Source: Cladosporium halotolerans (lineage: Eukaryota). From it: a DNA stretch of 64,000 nucleotides. The notes beneath the pieces were generated by a model that worked only from the letters and a program-made list of their open reading frames with translations, had not been told where the DNA came from and did not search any database. The stretch lies in the NCBI RefSeq assembly GCF_011745625.1, contig NW_027191455.1, forward strand, positions 372,001 to 436,000, read 5' to 3'. Positions 47,905-59,336 of the stretch are shown here, one piece after another. Each line of letters opens with the position of its first letter. Within the stretch, counting starts at the first letter, position 1. The translations under genes and the position numbers were made by a program.

Positions 47905-48624
47905 TCACAGTAGATGTATCCGAGGTGTGACCGATACTTGGACAATCATGGAGCTCCAACGCTTCAGATCACTATTGAGAAAGTGCTTTACGTTGCACCG
48001 GCTGAGCTTGGGCCTATCCATATTATGCAATTCCTGCATATGACCAAAGTATTCCGTAGTAAAGACTTTGAAGTCGTCCGGGTAATCCTTGAAGGTCTCG
48101 ATCGCCTTGGTGGGCGCAATTGTACACCACATCCATAGGAAGAGCCTCCGTATATAGAGTTGCTAGGTGTCTCGTTCCACACCCACAGAGTCGATTCGTA
48201 GCTGGGAATATCGTTAGGTACTCTAGACACCATGTTGTCCAAAACGGCATTGCAAAACTTGGTATCCTTCACGCTATTGCCCAACTTGTGCAACTCCAGC
48301 AGCTCATTCCAGTGGCGGTCCGTATGCTCGGTCACTATGATTTTGCAATCGTGAAGCCAGTACAAGTAGGTCTCGAGAGTGCTTGCTTTGTGATTGGAAG
48401 CGATTCGCAGGCGAATCCCGCGAGATCTCTTCCGGGCAATACTGAGCCGGATCGCTCTGGGAATTTTGGCGACAGTGTGCTCGTGGATCGTCAATTGCTT
48501 TTCCTCTTCACCGGCGTAAATGATGAGCGTTTCGTCCATATCAACGCTGATATCCACTAGATGTTTGTCGGTTCGATGTTTCATTATGCACTTACCGCTC
48601 GACCTCGGCAGGTGCGGATGCCAT
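47905..48624 (-). pseudogene. BTB/POZ domain gene (copy 2), frameshifted near 48150
   Basis: MASAPAEVER | intron ~48547-48595 | VDMDETLIIYAGEEEKQLTIHE...LETYLYWLH...LGNSVKDTKFCNAVLD...TPSNS. The paralogue-like continuation IRRLFLWMWCTIAPTKAIETFKDYP lies in another frame (ORF 47905-48132). Confidence 0.7.
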
Positions 48625-49023
48625 TGCAAGAAGGGCTGCTCGACTGTGTACGGGTGTACTGGTGGTGTAGAGTGTAAGTGAGGGTGGTGGGAGAGAGGGT
48701 AGCAAGAGACAAGGTGGCGGGAGAAGTATGACAGATGCAACCCGAACGGGAGGTAGTCATCCACACTATACCAAGGTATTCAGTAAAGTGACAATGAGCC
48801 AGTGCCATGTGTGCAGTATTTCGCGCCACGTGAATGCCGGATGAGACGTAAATGGCCATCTTGTGTACGCTTGCCCACCAGGCTTTATTCTAATCGTTGA
48901 TTCAGTGTGTTCAAAGAACATAGCCTGGCTCACAACGTAGAGGACATCGAGTGGAGAAGAAATGCCGAGCTCAGATGCTGTCAACATGCACACTAATAAG
49001 TGTCATTCAGTGCTGCCATAGCC

Positions 49024-49694
49024 CTAACTCTCACCCTGCGGATCACCAACGCTATCAGTAGAAAGCACCCCTTTCTTCGCGCAGCGCTCCGCCCATTCTT
49101 GAAACAAGTCGATGACGAATTCTCTCGGATACCCATGCTCCTTCTTGAGAGTATCAAGTGACCACGACAGCGGGACCTCTCCCCAGATGTCCATGATGCT
49201 CCTTCGAAGCGGACTGCTTGCGAGCGACCGCTCCCACGCGAGCTGCACAGCGTTCCAGCCTGGCACCGTCTTAGTTTGCTTGTGCATGGCGACTATGCCT
49301 TCGAGGACGTCGACACAGAAGGCGTCATCTTGCAGAGTTTCGCCTGCAATGCAGAGCTCGACTAGCTCGAAGAAGCAAGTGTTATCCTCTTGAGGTAGGA
49401 CTTCGGAGGTGTAAAGCCAGTGAAGGTATCCCTCGAATGCATCGGCGCTAATGTCCCTCAGCACGATGCCCTTCTCGCGAGCTGATTCTAGATCGTCCGA
49501 CACAAGTGAGTGTAGTAGTTTGGAGGACTTGGTTGCGACGGCCTTATGGATCATGAAAGCTTTCGATGCCTCGCCTGCGTGAATGAGTATTGTGTCGCTG
49601 AAGTCGAGCCTAGATGGCCGTCAGCCTACAGTAAAAGTGCAACGAGACCGTGGCAGACATACCTCCGGCGTTTCATTGCCGGCTTCGCTTCCAT
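49024..49694 (-). CDS. BTB/POZ domain protein (copy 3)
   Basis: MEAKPAMKRRR | intron 49610-49662 | LDFSDTILIHAGEASKAFMIHKAVATKSS...FEGYLHWLYT...SPLRRSIMDIW. Confidence 0.85.
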
Positions 49695-49957
49695 TGTAAG
49701 CTGCGTTCTGCGGATTAGAGCTACTTGTCTCGGTTTGCTGTATTGTAACATAGTGGGAGATAGATGTCGATCTCCTACTGCGCGATGCACGGCGGGTCTG
49801 CTCCCTTCTTCATTAGTGAATGTGCATTAGGCCAACGAGGCCAGACGCACTACTTCCAGTGCAATGCGGTCGTGAGTGACTAGTGTGTCGAAAGACCTGA
49901 GACCTGCCTTACGGGAGAATGCAATAACAAGGCTTTCATGATTATTCGAATGTCGAT

Positions 49958-50770
49958 TTACGCAGGGCTACCTCTATTCCTCTCCCCACCAGTCTCCGTC
50001 TTCAGATCCGCCTGCTTCACAGTCTCGCTGCCCTTCAAGCTCGGGAAGGAAAACACCTCGCTCTTGCCGCCCTTCAAGCCCTTCCACAGGCCCCAAGTCT
50101 GCCTGTTGTCCCACACCAGTGCGCCCACGTACGGTTGCACGTTCCAGTGCAGCGTCAGCGTCGCGTTCTCGCGCTCCGCGATCTTGCCCTTCACATCCGT
50201 GATCTGATACTTGGGCTTCTGTGAGTTGAGCTTGATGATGCCAGGGCTGCCGCCCTCGGGGTACGGCTTGCCGCGCTTAGTGGATTTGCTCTTCTTGTTT
50301 TTTGGCGGCTTGACGCCTTTGGGTGTCGGGTGGACGTAGGTGTTGGGGTGCAGAGGGGCGTTGTCGGCGGGGATGATGGCGTCCCAGATAACGGCCTCGG
50401 AGGGAGGGATTGTGGAGGGCGAGGAGGAGGGGTAAGAGGCGGTGATGTAGAGGAAGATTTGCTTAGTGTTCCAGTTGAAGAGGGAGGTCAGGTCTGCGAC
50501 TTGAGTCAGTGGTGTTATTCAATGGGTGTGAGGATGTTGTTTGCGACGCGTACCGGCATCCAGGTCGAACTTGACGTGCGCGTATTCTTCTCTCTTCGTG
50601 CTGTAATAGTGCGGTCTGCCCTTGACGACCTGCACGTTCTTGAGCTCCAGGCTAGCACTAGGCGCTTGCGGGATGAGCAGCACGCTCACGGCGATTGCGG
50701 CCGCGACTGCGAACGCGGCGGATGTGAAGAAGCCGAAGACATTCTGGACGCGAACCACCGTCGAATGCAT
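49958..50770 (-). CDS. SPC3: Signal peptidase complex subunit Spc3 (SPC22/23)
   Basis: MHSTVVRVQNVFGFFTS, N-terminal TM, VKFDLDA | intron ~50493-50554 | DLTSLFNWNTKQIF...QKPKYQITD...LTLHWNVQPYVGAL. Confidence 0.92.
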
Positions 50771-51202
50771 GTTGGAAGTGTGATTTGCGCAGCTCAGCTG
50801 CGATCAATTGGTTTTGTTTAGAGCATTAACGTTGGGTGGCCTGAGAGTAAGTCGCGTTGGTAGAGGTGAGGTGTCACTTCAGGCTTGGCGGGGATGGGGA
50901 AGCTTCATGACATGTGCTTGTTTCACGAGTATCAACATCCGTCACTTGATCAAGGTAACCGTTATCTGATAGGATCTTTTCGCTGATTTGCTTCTACACC
51001 ATGGTGGCTACTGCCTATAGCTTCTACGGCTACTGATCATTGAGATCAACAACCTAGAATGAGCCTTTGATTCTGGACGAGTGTATATATAATAAAGTAG
51101 AACGCCGAGTGCTACACCATGCGCAGCTCCATGATTTCACTTATTTGAGAAAAAGAATGCCTAGTTCCCATCCTCAATGCTCCCAGCTCTTGGATCGCAG
51201 CC

Positions 51203-53053
51203 TCAATGATCAGACATACTCTCATCCTCCTCACTCTCACTATCCTCAGCTAACTCAGAGTCCGCGTCATTCACCTCCTCTTGCTCCTGCCTTTCCAGCA
51301 ACGTCCGGTAAGTTTTTTGGATACCACGCTGCACCGCATCTTTCTCGGCCTCATTCAGCCGCTTAGGCGCATCCCGCCAGTTCGTGAGGCGGTAAGAGGA
51401 GATGGTTGTAGAGGAGCGGCCGCCTGCGCGTTCGTGGAGGGGTCGACGGCCTGCATCTCCAGTGAGAAGACAGCTCGGAATTTTCGAAGAAGAATGGGCG
51501 CTGAAAGCTTCACGCCGACTCCCCGTTGGTGTGTCGAAGCGAGGAGGAGAGAAGCTGCCGCAGCAGGCATGAATGTCATTCTCATCTCCGGACCCTTTTG
51601 GGTGCGTGGGTGTGCATCGATCAGATTGCGCGTCATCATCTTTGCCCTTCTCAGATCGCTTTCGCTTCAGGTTCCCAGATGCTGGCTGCAACGCTTGTCT
51701 CTCCGATTGCGATTGCGTAGTCCTCTCTTGGCCTTCTTCCGGGCTCAAATTCTCGGGAGTAGTCACGTTCATGGCCCAGCACTCGACGCTTGTCGCTTGG
51801 GGAAGCGGCACAGTAGCCTCCTAGAGCTGCGCCAAAGAAAGAGAATTCAATCTCAAAGGCGACGTGGGCCCAGCCCTGGCTTCTGCTTTTCGCTTCAGAA
51901 GATCACTGATCTCCTTGTAGCTGGGAGGATTTCCAGTCCGGCCATCGTTCTGTGCGTCCCACCGCCGCGAAGTGGCCAAAGGAGTCGTGTTGGTCGAGGA
52001 AAGCTTCAACGGTGACATAGTGGTGTATGAGTAAGCCGGTCTTCTCACAGCTGGGCTGTCAGATTGCTCGGCATAGCCGCTGCAAGTCTCTGGTTTCCGT
52101 TTGATCGTGATCGGTATGGCGAGTCGGATGGTGCGCTCAAACAGCATGTTGCCGGGGAAAGACATTGTCGCTTGTGCAGTCATGTTGAGCGGCATGGTGA
52201 ATGACTCCAGCCGTTCTGCACCAGCCATCGAAGCCAGGATGGGCGGCCAGTGGCCTTTGAACTGCTGCTCACGCTCGTCCCAAGGTAGCAGAGAGCCGAA
52301 TTCTGTGTCGAACTCGACTAGCAAGCCTTCCGACAGGTAAGGCTTGAGTGCGAAGGCGCGATTCTCGTGGTAGACGTTCTGAAGGCCGTCAAACTCGATA
52401 AGTAGCGGGTTCCAGTCAAAAACCAGCTCCACGGACAGCTCAGTCGGGGATTGGAGGGTCGAATGGCAGAAAGTAGCCTTTACGAAAGGCATATGGCCGG
52501 GAAGGTGGAAGAAAAATTCCTTTGTGCTAATGAAGTCATTGAGCGTAGACCGCAATAGATCCACTGAGCGAGCCCACGTGAAAGAGCGCAGCTCTGGTGA
52601 CTCGACGCAAGCCGCAGCGTACGACTCAATCATATCGCCCACCAGCCCGCATTTTGAAATCGTGATCGGCTGCGTTTTCAGCCCTGAAATGTAGCTGCGG
52701 AAATGCAGTAGGGTGTGCTTATCGAACACATGATGCGAGTTCTCCGCAGAGAAAGCTTCTGCAGCTGTGACCATGGCCTCCCCTGCCAGAGCAGTCTCGA
52801 AAGCTTTCTCCTAAAAGTATACCTCGTACGCAGCGACAACACTTGGAAGCCTCCACATTGACATGATATCCTTGTCTTGCACCACTGCGTACCCATCTCT
52901 TGCTAAGTCGCTCGGCACTGCCCTTATCTGATCTCCGCGGTAGTTGCGCAAGGTCGGATAGAATAGCTCGAGGGGCTGGGAATGATTCGGCGGACCGGAC
53001 ACATGGACACTGAGGTGTGAGAGCAGATGATCGACGAATTGGGTGCTTGCCAT
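51203..53053 (-). pseudogene. Hypothetical 616-codon gene interrupted by two in-frame TAG codons (pseudogene or edited/readthrough gene)
   Basis: ORFs 52811-53053, 51821-52774 and 51203-51811 share one frame and are separated only by TAG at 52811-52813 and 51821-51823. Globular-looking middle, KRKR and acidic C-terminus. Confidence 0.65.
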
Positions 53054-53521
53054 TCTTCTCGGATTGATATTTTGGGTTTGTGCGTTTCGATTTTATAGGA
53101 AATGCACAGTGATAAGGTAATAAGGTATTGTGTCACTCCGAAGCGTGTTAACACAGAGCCAAGTAGGCGAGCGGCGAGTCTTCTAAACGGTGAATTGCTG
53201 TGGTGCTCTTCCGCATTTTGAGACGCTTTGCGACAGCCGTAACTAACATGACTCCATCGAGCAATCAAGGCAGGCGCACCGGAAGGCAGGGGCTTGCACC
53301 TGCGCTGATAGCTATCCGAAGATTGTCTCCTTTGATGGAAGGATCCACCTGCAAGTTCAATTGCCCTCTGAAATGCAAGCCACGATGCGCCGGGTCTGCT
53401 GCAAAAACTCATCATTCATGCAGGTGGTTCTGTGTCCCCAAAAACTGGCTTGGCTGCATAGATTTCGGGCATCCTACGAAGACATACAGATAGTACCCCT
53501 GTAGGTCAGTGCTCAGGTAAA

Positions 53522-54871
53522 TCACACTGCGTCCATAGCAGCCCGAGTACTCAAGACCTCATTCTTGTTCCCAAGCTTCGAGATCTGCAAGAATGCATCA
53601 ATGCCGTAACCCTCAAGACTGTGAATTTCAAGCGAGCCAGCCCAGTATTCCGCATAGATCCTACTGAGAGGCAAGCCCATCCCAAGGCGCAAATCCGGCT
53701 GTCTACCTGAGAGAGCCGACAGTGAAGAGCTGCGCTTCTCGCCGTGGCGCTCAACATCGGCTGCCATCACCGGATCGGCGTAGCGCAACTCTTGCATAGT
53801 CCCGGCTAGCTTCGGCACACGCTCGAGGTTTTGCAGTCGGGTCTGACGGCGTGGGCCTTTGACGAAAGACCAGAGATACGGTAAGATCTCGCGGTCAATG
53901 CCGCCGCCCTGGTCAGAGATGCGGATGATGACATGTTGCGCCGCTTCACAGATGAGCACCTCTATCGGCGGAGTCGGATCTCTTGGGTGCTCAATCACGG
54001 CTTGCATGCTGTTTCTAAGAAGCTCGCCGATCATATACTCGATATGTGAGGGGATGTAGGGGAACGTCGTATCGAGATGGCCTTTGATCACAACCTCAGG
54101 GATTTTGACTTTGGGGCCGTACGCCTTGGACATGAGGTCGCGTGCTGTTGTCGCGCATTGCTCCACGATCTCTTTGGCGTTGCATCTGAGGAAGATTTCA
54201 CCGACAAATTCGTCTTCAGGTGCTATGGTCGACTTTTTGGCGTTGGGAAAATGCCAGGGCGAGTGAAACGTTTCAGTCAATGCCAGATGCTGTTCGGCAA
54301 TCACTCTCCGGCTGATTCTCGAGCGCAAGAGCGTCGTCATGAATCGATCGCATTCCTCGCTTGAGATTGTATTTTGGATCTCAATGACACCCATAGCAAG
54401 TCGCGGAATCACGCTAAGGTGTTCCCGCAAGCAGGATTGAACGATTTCGCAGAACCGGTCGTTGTCGTCCACGCTAGTGATTTCCGGGACTTTTCGTAGT
54501 CGCTCGAATGCAGTGTAGTACAACTCGTAAACGTAGCTGATGTGTGGATTCGTCAGCGCTGAATATGGCAGTGTCTGCATGTTACGCAGCCTGTGTGCCA
54601 GTCGGGTTGGCAGTTCCAGACGAACATAGTTGGCCGAACTGATCAGTCGCGATTCCGTCAAGGTCCGCCCGAAGAAAGTGAGTTGGCGCAAGCTAATAGG
54701 TCTTGCTTCGCGTTGTACCCAGTCGTCCAAAATCGAAGCAGGTCGCCATGGTGGCGGTGAAGGAGCTTTAGCTGCTGCCGCAGCCGCGCTGTAGGATCGA
54801 ACGCGAAGGGAAGCAGGTAGTCGGAGCAGCTTGAAAGACCATGTTGCTGCTTCTTTGCCACCAAGCAACAT
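53522..54871 (-). CDS. Mitochondrial alpha-ketoacid dehydrogenase kinase (PDK/BCKDK family)
   Basis: ELPTRLAHRL, SRISRRVIAEQHLALT, ELLRNSMQA (N-box), IRISDQGGGI (G1), LGMGLPLSRIYAEYWAGSL (G2). Confidence 0.93.
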   Translation of the reverse strand: MLLGGKEAATWSFKLLRLPASLRVRSYSAAAAAAKAPSPPPWRPASILDDWVQREARPISLRQLTFFGRTLTESRLISSANYVRLELPTRLAHRLRNMQTLPYSALTNPHISYVYELYYTAFERLRKVPEITSVDDNDRFCEIVQSCLREHLSVIPRLAMGVIEIQNTISSEECDRFMTTLLRSRISRRVIAEQHLALTETFHSPWHFPNAKKSTIAPEDEFVGEIFLRCNAKEIVEQCATTARDLMSKAYGPKVKIPEVVIKGHLDTTFPYIPSHIEYMIGELLRNSMQAVIEHPRDPTPPIEVLICEAAQHVIIRISDQGGGIDREILPYLWSFVKGPRRQTRLQNLERVPKLAGTMQELRYADPVMAADVERHGEKRSSSLSALSGRQPDLRLGMGLPLSRIYAEYWAGSLEIHSLEGYGIDAFLQISKLGNKNEVLSTRAAMDAV

Positions 54872-55615
54872 GTTTCGTTGCTTGGCGAGCGGTCCGATGG
54901 GATACCCTGTCTAGAGCTCCTTATCCTTATCGCGCTCGCGGGAAGAGGTCGACCAGGGATAAAGTCCTTGCGAAGTCCAGACGACGAGATGCGCGGCGGC
55001 TCAGCTCGTCTCCAATATCAAGCTCGTTTCACACCACGAGGTATAAGTTTTTCTGACTTCACGACGAAATGCTATAGGAAACATCAGGCTTCAACGCCGG
55101 CGAAGCAAAGCCTCAGAAGTGATGCCAAGACAGCGGGGCAGAGCGGACAGCAAGGCAAAGAATGCTGCCTGAAAGCAGGTACGGGCGACATCGTTGCAAT
55201 CGTGCCTTGGAGCTCTACAGGAATACGTATCGGTAGATTTACAACAGCAGCCGGCGCGTGTCTGCGCGTGAAAGATCCCCATAGCAGCAGACACCCCAGG
55301 CACGTGGCTCGGCAGTGCGGCGGTGCGGCTTCTTGCTTGCCTGCCTGTTTGTGACGTACCTGACCCTCTTCCCGATTTCAACTTCGAGTTGTTGCTACCA
55401 CTGCGCCCTCCCGCACTGCCACTGCCGCCGTTCCGTTGGATCGTTGTCCATCACTGCAAACTACGACTCCTCCGCCCATTCCCCTGCCCGCCGACTGCTA
55501 GTCTAGGCGCGCCTGTCGCAGCACCCGCTGTGTTCCACGCACTCCGGCCACCCGTGCTACACCACTGCCGCCTGCGCCAACGCTGTGCGGCAAGCCACAG
55601 GACACTGCCTTCACC

Positions 55616-58600
55616 ATGGATCAGGTAAGCTGTTTCCGAGACACCGCGCCGGTCTGCGTTCAGACTTCTGCACTCTTGCGCAGGCTACTATGCGCGAGGA
55701 CCTCTACGAACGGCTCTTCGTTTTGCACACATGCTGACACGGATCATCTCAGCTTGGCAGTGATATGCTGCTCGACTCCGACTACGATGAGAAACGCCTG
55801 ACTCCGACTGACGAAAACGTCGCTGTGATATCGCCCGACGACGGCGACAGCATGGCGGAAGACGCTGAACCATCCACCGAGCCCGCGCCGCCCATGGCCG
55901 ACGACCACGAGGCGATGAAAGAGCGGTTTATGCCGGCGCTGCCGGAATACGAGACGGAGGCAGAAGCTGTTTTCACATGGGATATTCAAAACTGGAGGCA
56001 ACTTCCCAAGCGTTCGCACAGCCCTACTTTCCAATGCGCTGGACACCCATGGCGGATACTTTTCTTCCCAGCTGGCAACGCTGCCTCGGAAAGCGTGTCA
56101 TTCTACTTGGAGCAAGGCTTCGCGGACGAGAAGCCGCCCGAGGATTGGTACGCATGTGCTCAATTCATGCTTGTACTTCATAACACGAACGATCCCTCGT
56201 TATACGTTCACCATGAGGCGAACCACCGCTTCACCGCCGATGAGGGCGACTGGGGTTTCACAAGATTCGCGGACAAGAATAGGATATTTGCCGCGAGATT
56301 TGATGGCGCAGATCGTCCACTTGTCGAAAACGAATGCGCGACAGTCACCGCATACGTGCGGGTGCTCAAGGATCCCACAGGTGTCCTTTGGCACAACTTT
56401 GTCAACTACGACAGCAAGAAGGAGACCGGCATGGTCGGTCTGCGCAACCAAGGCGCAACTTGCTATCTCAACTCTCTTCTTCAATCGCTTTACTTGACCG
56501 GCGCTTTCAGGAAGGCCGTGTACCAGATACCCACTGCTGAAGACCAAGATCGCGCAGCATCGTCATCCGCATACGCATTGCAGAGACTTTTCTTCCGTCT
56601 GCAATCTGACAGCTCAGCCGTCTCGACCCAGGAGCTCACCCACTCATTCGGGTGGGAGAGCCGACAAATCTTCGAACAACAAGACGTGCAAGAGCTGTCG
56701 CGCATTCTCATGGAGAAATTAGAGGCGCGCATGAAAGGCACGGCGGCTGAGAAAGCTCTGCCTGACATGTTCATCGGAAAGATGAAGACTTATCTTAGAT
56801 GCATCAACGTGGACTACGAGAGCAGCAGGACCGAGGACTACTGGGATCTGCAACTAAACGTTGGTGGATGTAAGAGTGTTGCCGACAGCTTCAAGACTTA
56901 CATCCAGGAGGAGATTCTTGAAGGCGACAATAAATATGCAGCTGAAGGCTACGGTCTCCAGGATGCGAAGAAGGGTGTGATCTTCGAAAGCTTCCCAGCT
57001 GTACTACACCTGCAGCTGAAGCGTTTCGAATACGACTTTATGCGGGATGCCATGACGAAGGTTAACGACCGCTATGAATTCCCGGAAGTTCTGGATTGCT
57101 CACCCTACCTGGAGGAGTCGGTAGACAAGTCGGAGCCTTATATTTACCACCTGCACGGCGTTCTTGTGCACTCCGGTGACCTCAACGCTGGGCATTACTA
57201 CGCCTTCTTGAAACCGAAGAAGAACGGGGAATTCTTCCGGTTTGATGACGATCGAGTAACGCGTGCGACGAAACGCGAAGCCATCGAGGAGAACTTTGGT
57301 GGTGACTACGGCGTGAATGGTATGAACGGTGGCGTCAAAGGGCAGAATCCCTACACCCGACAATGGTCTACCAAACGCTCGAACAACGCCTACATGCTGG
57401 TATACATTCGCGAGAGCAGATTGGACCAAGTCTTGCTTCCTGACAATGAGGTTGAACCCCCTGCGCATCTGCCTGCCAAGATGCAGGAGGAGCGCTTGCT
57501 CGCTGAGAAGCGGAAGAAGGATCGCGAGGAAGCCCATCTGTATATGCAGGTTTTGGTGGCATCAGAGTCGAGTTATAAGTCTTACAAGGGCACTGACCTC
57601 ATTCCTTGGACTGCTGATCCCGAGGTTGAGCCTGCAGCACCTAAGGTCCATCGCCTGCTGAAAAGCATGACAGTCTCGGACTTTACAAACTACATCGCTC
57701 AGCAAGAAGGCGCAGAAGCCGACCTCATCAGACCATGGGTCATGGTTAATCGCCAGAATGGTACTGTTCGCCCAGACCACCCTCTGGCATGGCAGGACAT
57801 GACCCTCCAAGAGGCCGCGGAAAAGTTCGGCACGCGCAATTCAGGCTTCCGTGTCTTTATGGAAGAAACGGTCAGAAACGAGGCTGGTGAAGCTGTGTGG
57901 CAAGATGTTCAGCCTTCGGTCCCCTCGTCGCCTGCCGTCAACGGAGCCGTCCCGCAGCAGTCACAGAAACCCATCATCATTTTCCTCAAGTACTTCGATA
58001 TTGAGCACCAGAATCTTCAAGGTATGGGCCACATCTACATGAGCCCTGCCGACAAGGTTCAAGATCTTGCCCCTCAGATTCTACAGCTCATGGGCTGGGA
58101 ACCCGGTGTTGCACTCGAGCTCTACGAAGAGATTAAGCAGAACTACGTGGAGCAGATGAAACCAAAGCAGACCTTGCACGCTTCCGAAATCCAGGACGGC
58201 GATATCATCTGCTTCCAACGTCACCTCAGCGACAACGAAGCGAGCGCAATCCGCCAGACGACACCCACGGCTCAACTCAACGCGAAGGACTTCTATGACT
58301 ACCTCATTAACCGTGTGTTCGTGAACTTCACACCGAAGACGGTCCTGCCGCAGGAGATGCAAGTGCGACAAGAAGGTGACGAGAAGTTCGGTCTCTACCT
58401 CTCGAAGAAAGACAGCTATGAAACGCTCGCAGTGAAGGTCGCAGAACACCTGACCTCAGTCAGCACGGCACCTGTGGACCAGTCTTTCTTGCGCTTCACG
58501 ACCGTCAACGCTCAGTCTGGCAAGCCCAGAGCAATCGTCAAACCACAGCAAGCAATGAACGTGCAAAGCATCCTACTCGGAACCAGTGGCTACGGGTACG

Positions 58601-59336
58601 GTTACCAACCCGCGCAAGCAACCGACCAGCTGTACTACGAAGTCCTGGAAATGAGCTTGAAGGATCTCGAGCAGCGCAAGAACGTCAAGATCAACTGGCT
58701 CTCCAACGGCATCACGCAGGAAACCACCTACGACATCCTCGTGCCCAAGCAATCCACCTTCGCCGACGTCCTCGAACAGCTCCAGAAACGCGCCCAGCTG
58801 CCCGACGAAGTCAAAGACCAGGTCCGCTTCTACGAGGCCCACAGCGGCAAGGTCTACAAGGTCCTCCCGCTCACCCACTCCGTCGTCGCCCTCAACGAGT
58901 TCCTCACCATCTACGCCGAGCGCGTGCCCGAGGAGGAGCAGCAGCTCGACGCCGAAAAGGGCGACCGCCCGCTCTGGTGCTTCCACTTCGAGAAGGAGCC
59001 CAGCAAGCACCACTCGGTGCCTTTCATCTTCGCCATGCGCGAGGGCGAAGTCTTCAAGGAGACCAAGGAGCGCCTGAGCAAGCGCACGGGCATCAAGGGC
59101 AAGAACTTCGAGAAGGTCCGCTTCGCGGTCGTCAAGGGCGGGCAGAATTACAGCCGGCCGGTTTGGGTTGAGGATGGTGAGTACTTCATTCGATGAAAGG
59201 AGTTTTTGGTGAGCTAACGTGATGCGCAGACGACATCCTCTCCGAGAAGCTCAGCCAGGACGACCACCTCGGCCTCGAGCACCCGAACCGCAACCGCAGC
59301 AACTGGGTCAAGTACGAGAGCCTGAACATCCGGTAG
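55616..59336 (+). CDS. UBP15: Ubiquitin-specific protease USP7/Ubp15 type (MATH + USP + C-terminal region)
   Basis: MDQ | intron 55625-55752; MATH (WRILFFPAGN, DWGFTRF); Cys box GLRNQGATCYLNSLLQSL; His box VLVHSGDLNAGHYY; intron 59177-59229, last exon ...LGLEHPNRNRSNWVKYESLNIR*. Confidence 0.95.

Noticed and set aside
6048..54871. Functional clustering of BCKDH E1-beta with a PDK/BCKDK kinase
   Set aside because: They are 46 kb apart with many unrelated genes between, and kinase specificity cannot be assigned from sequence; probably coincidence.
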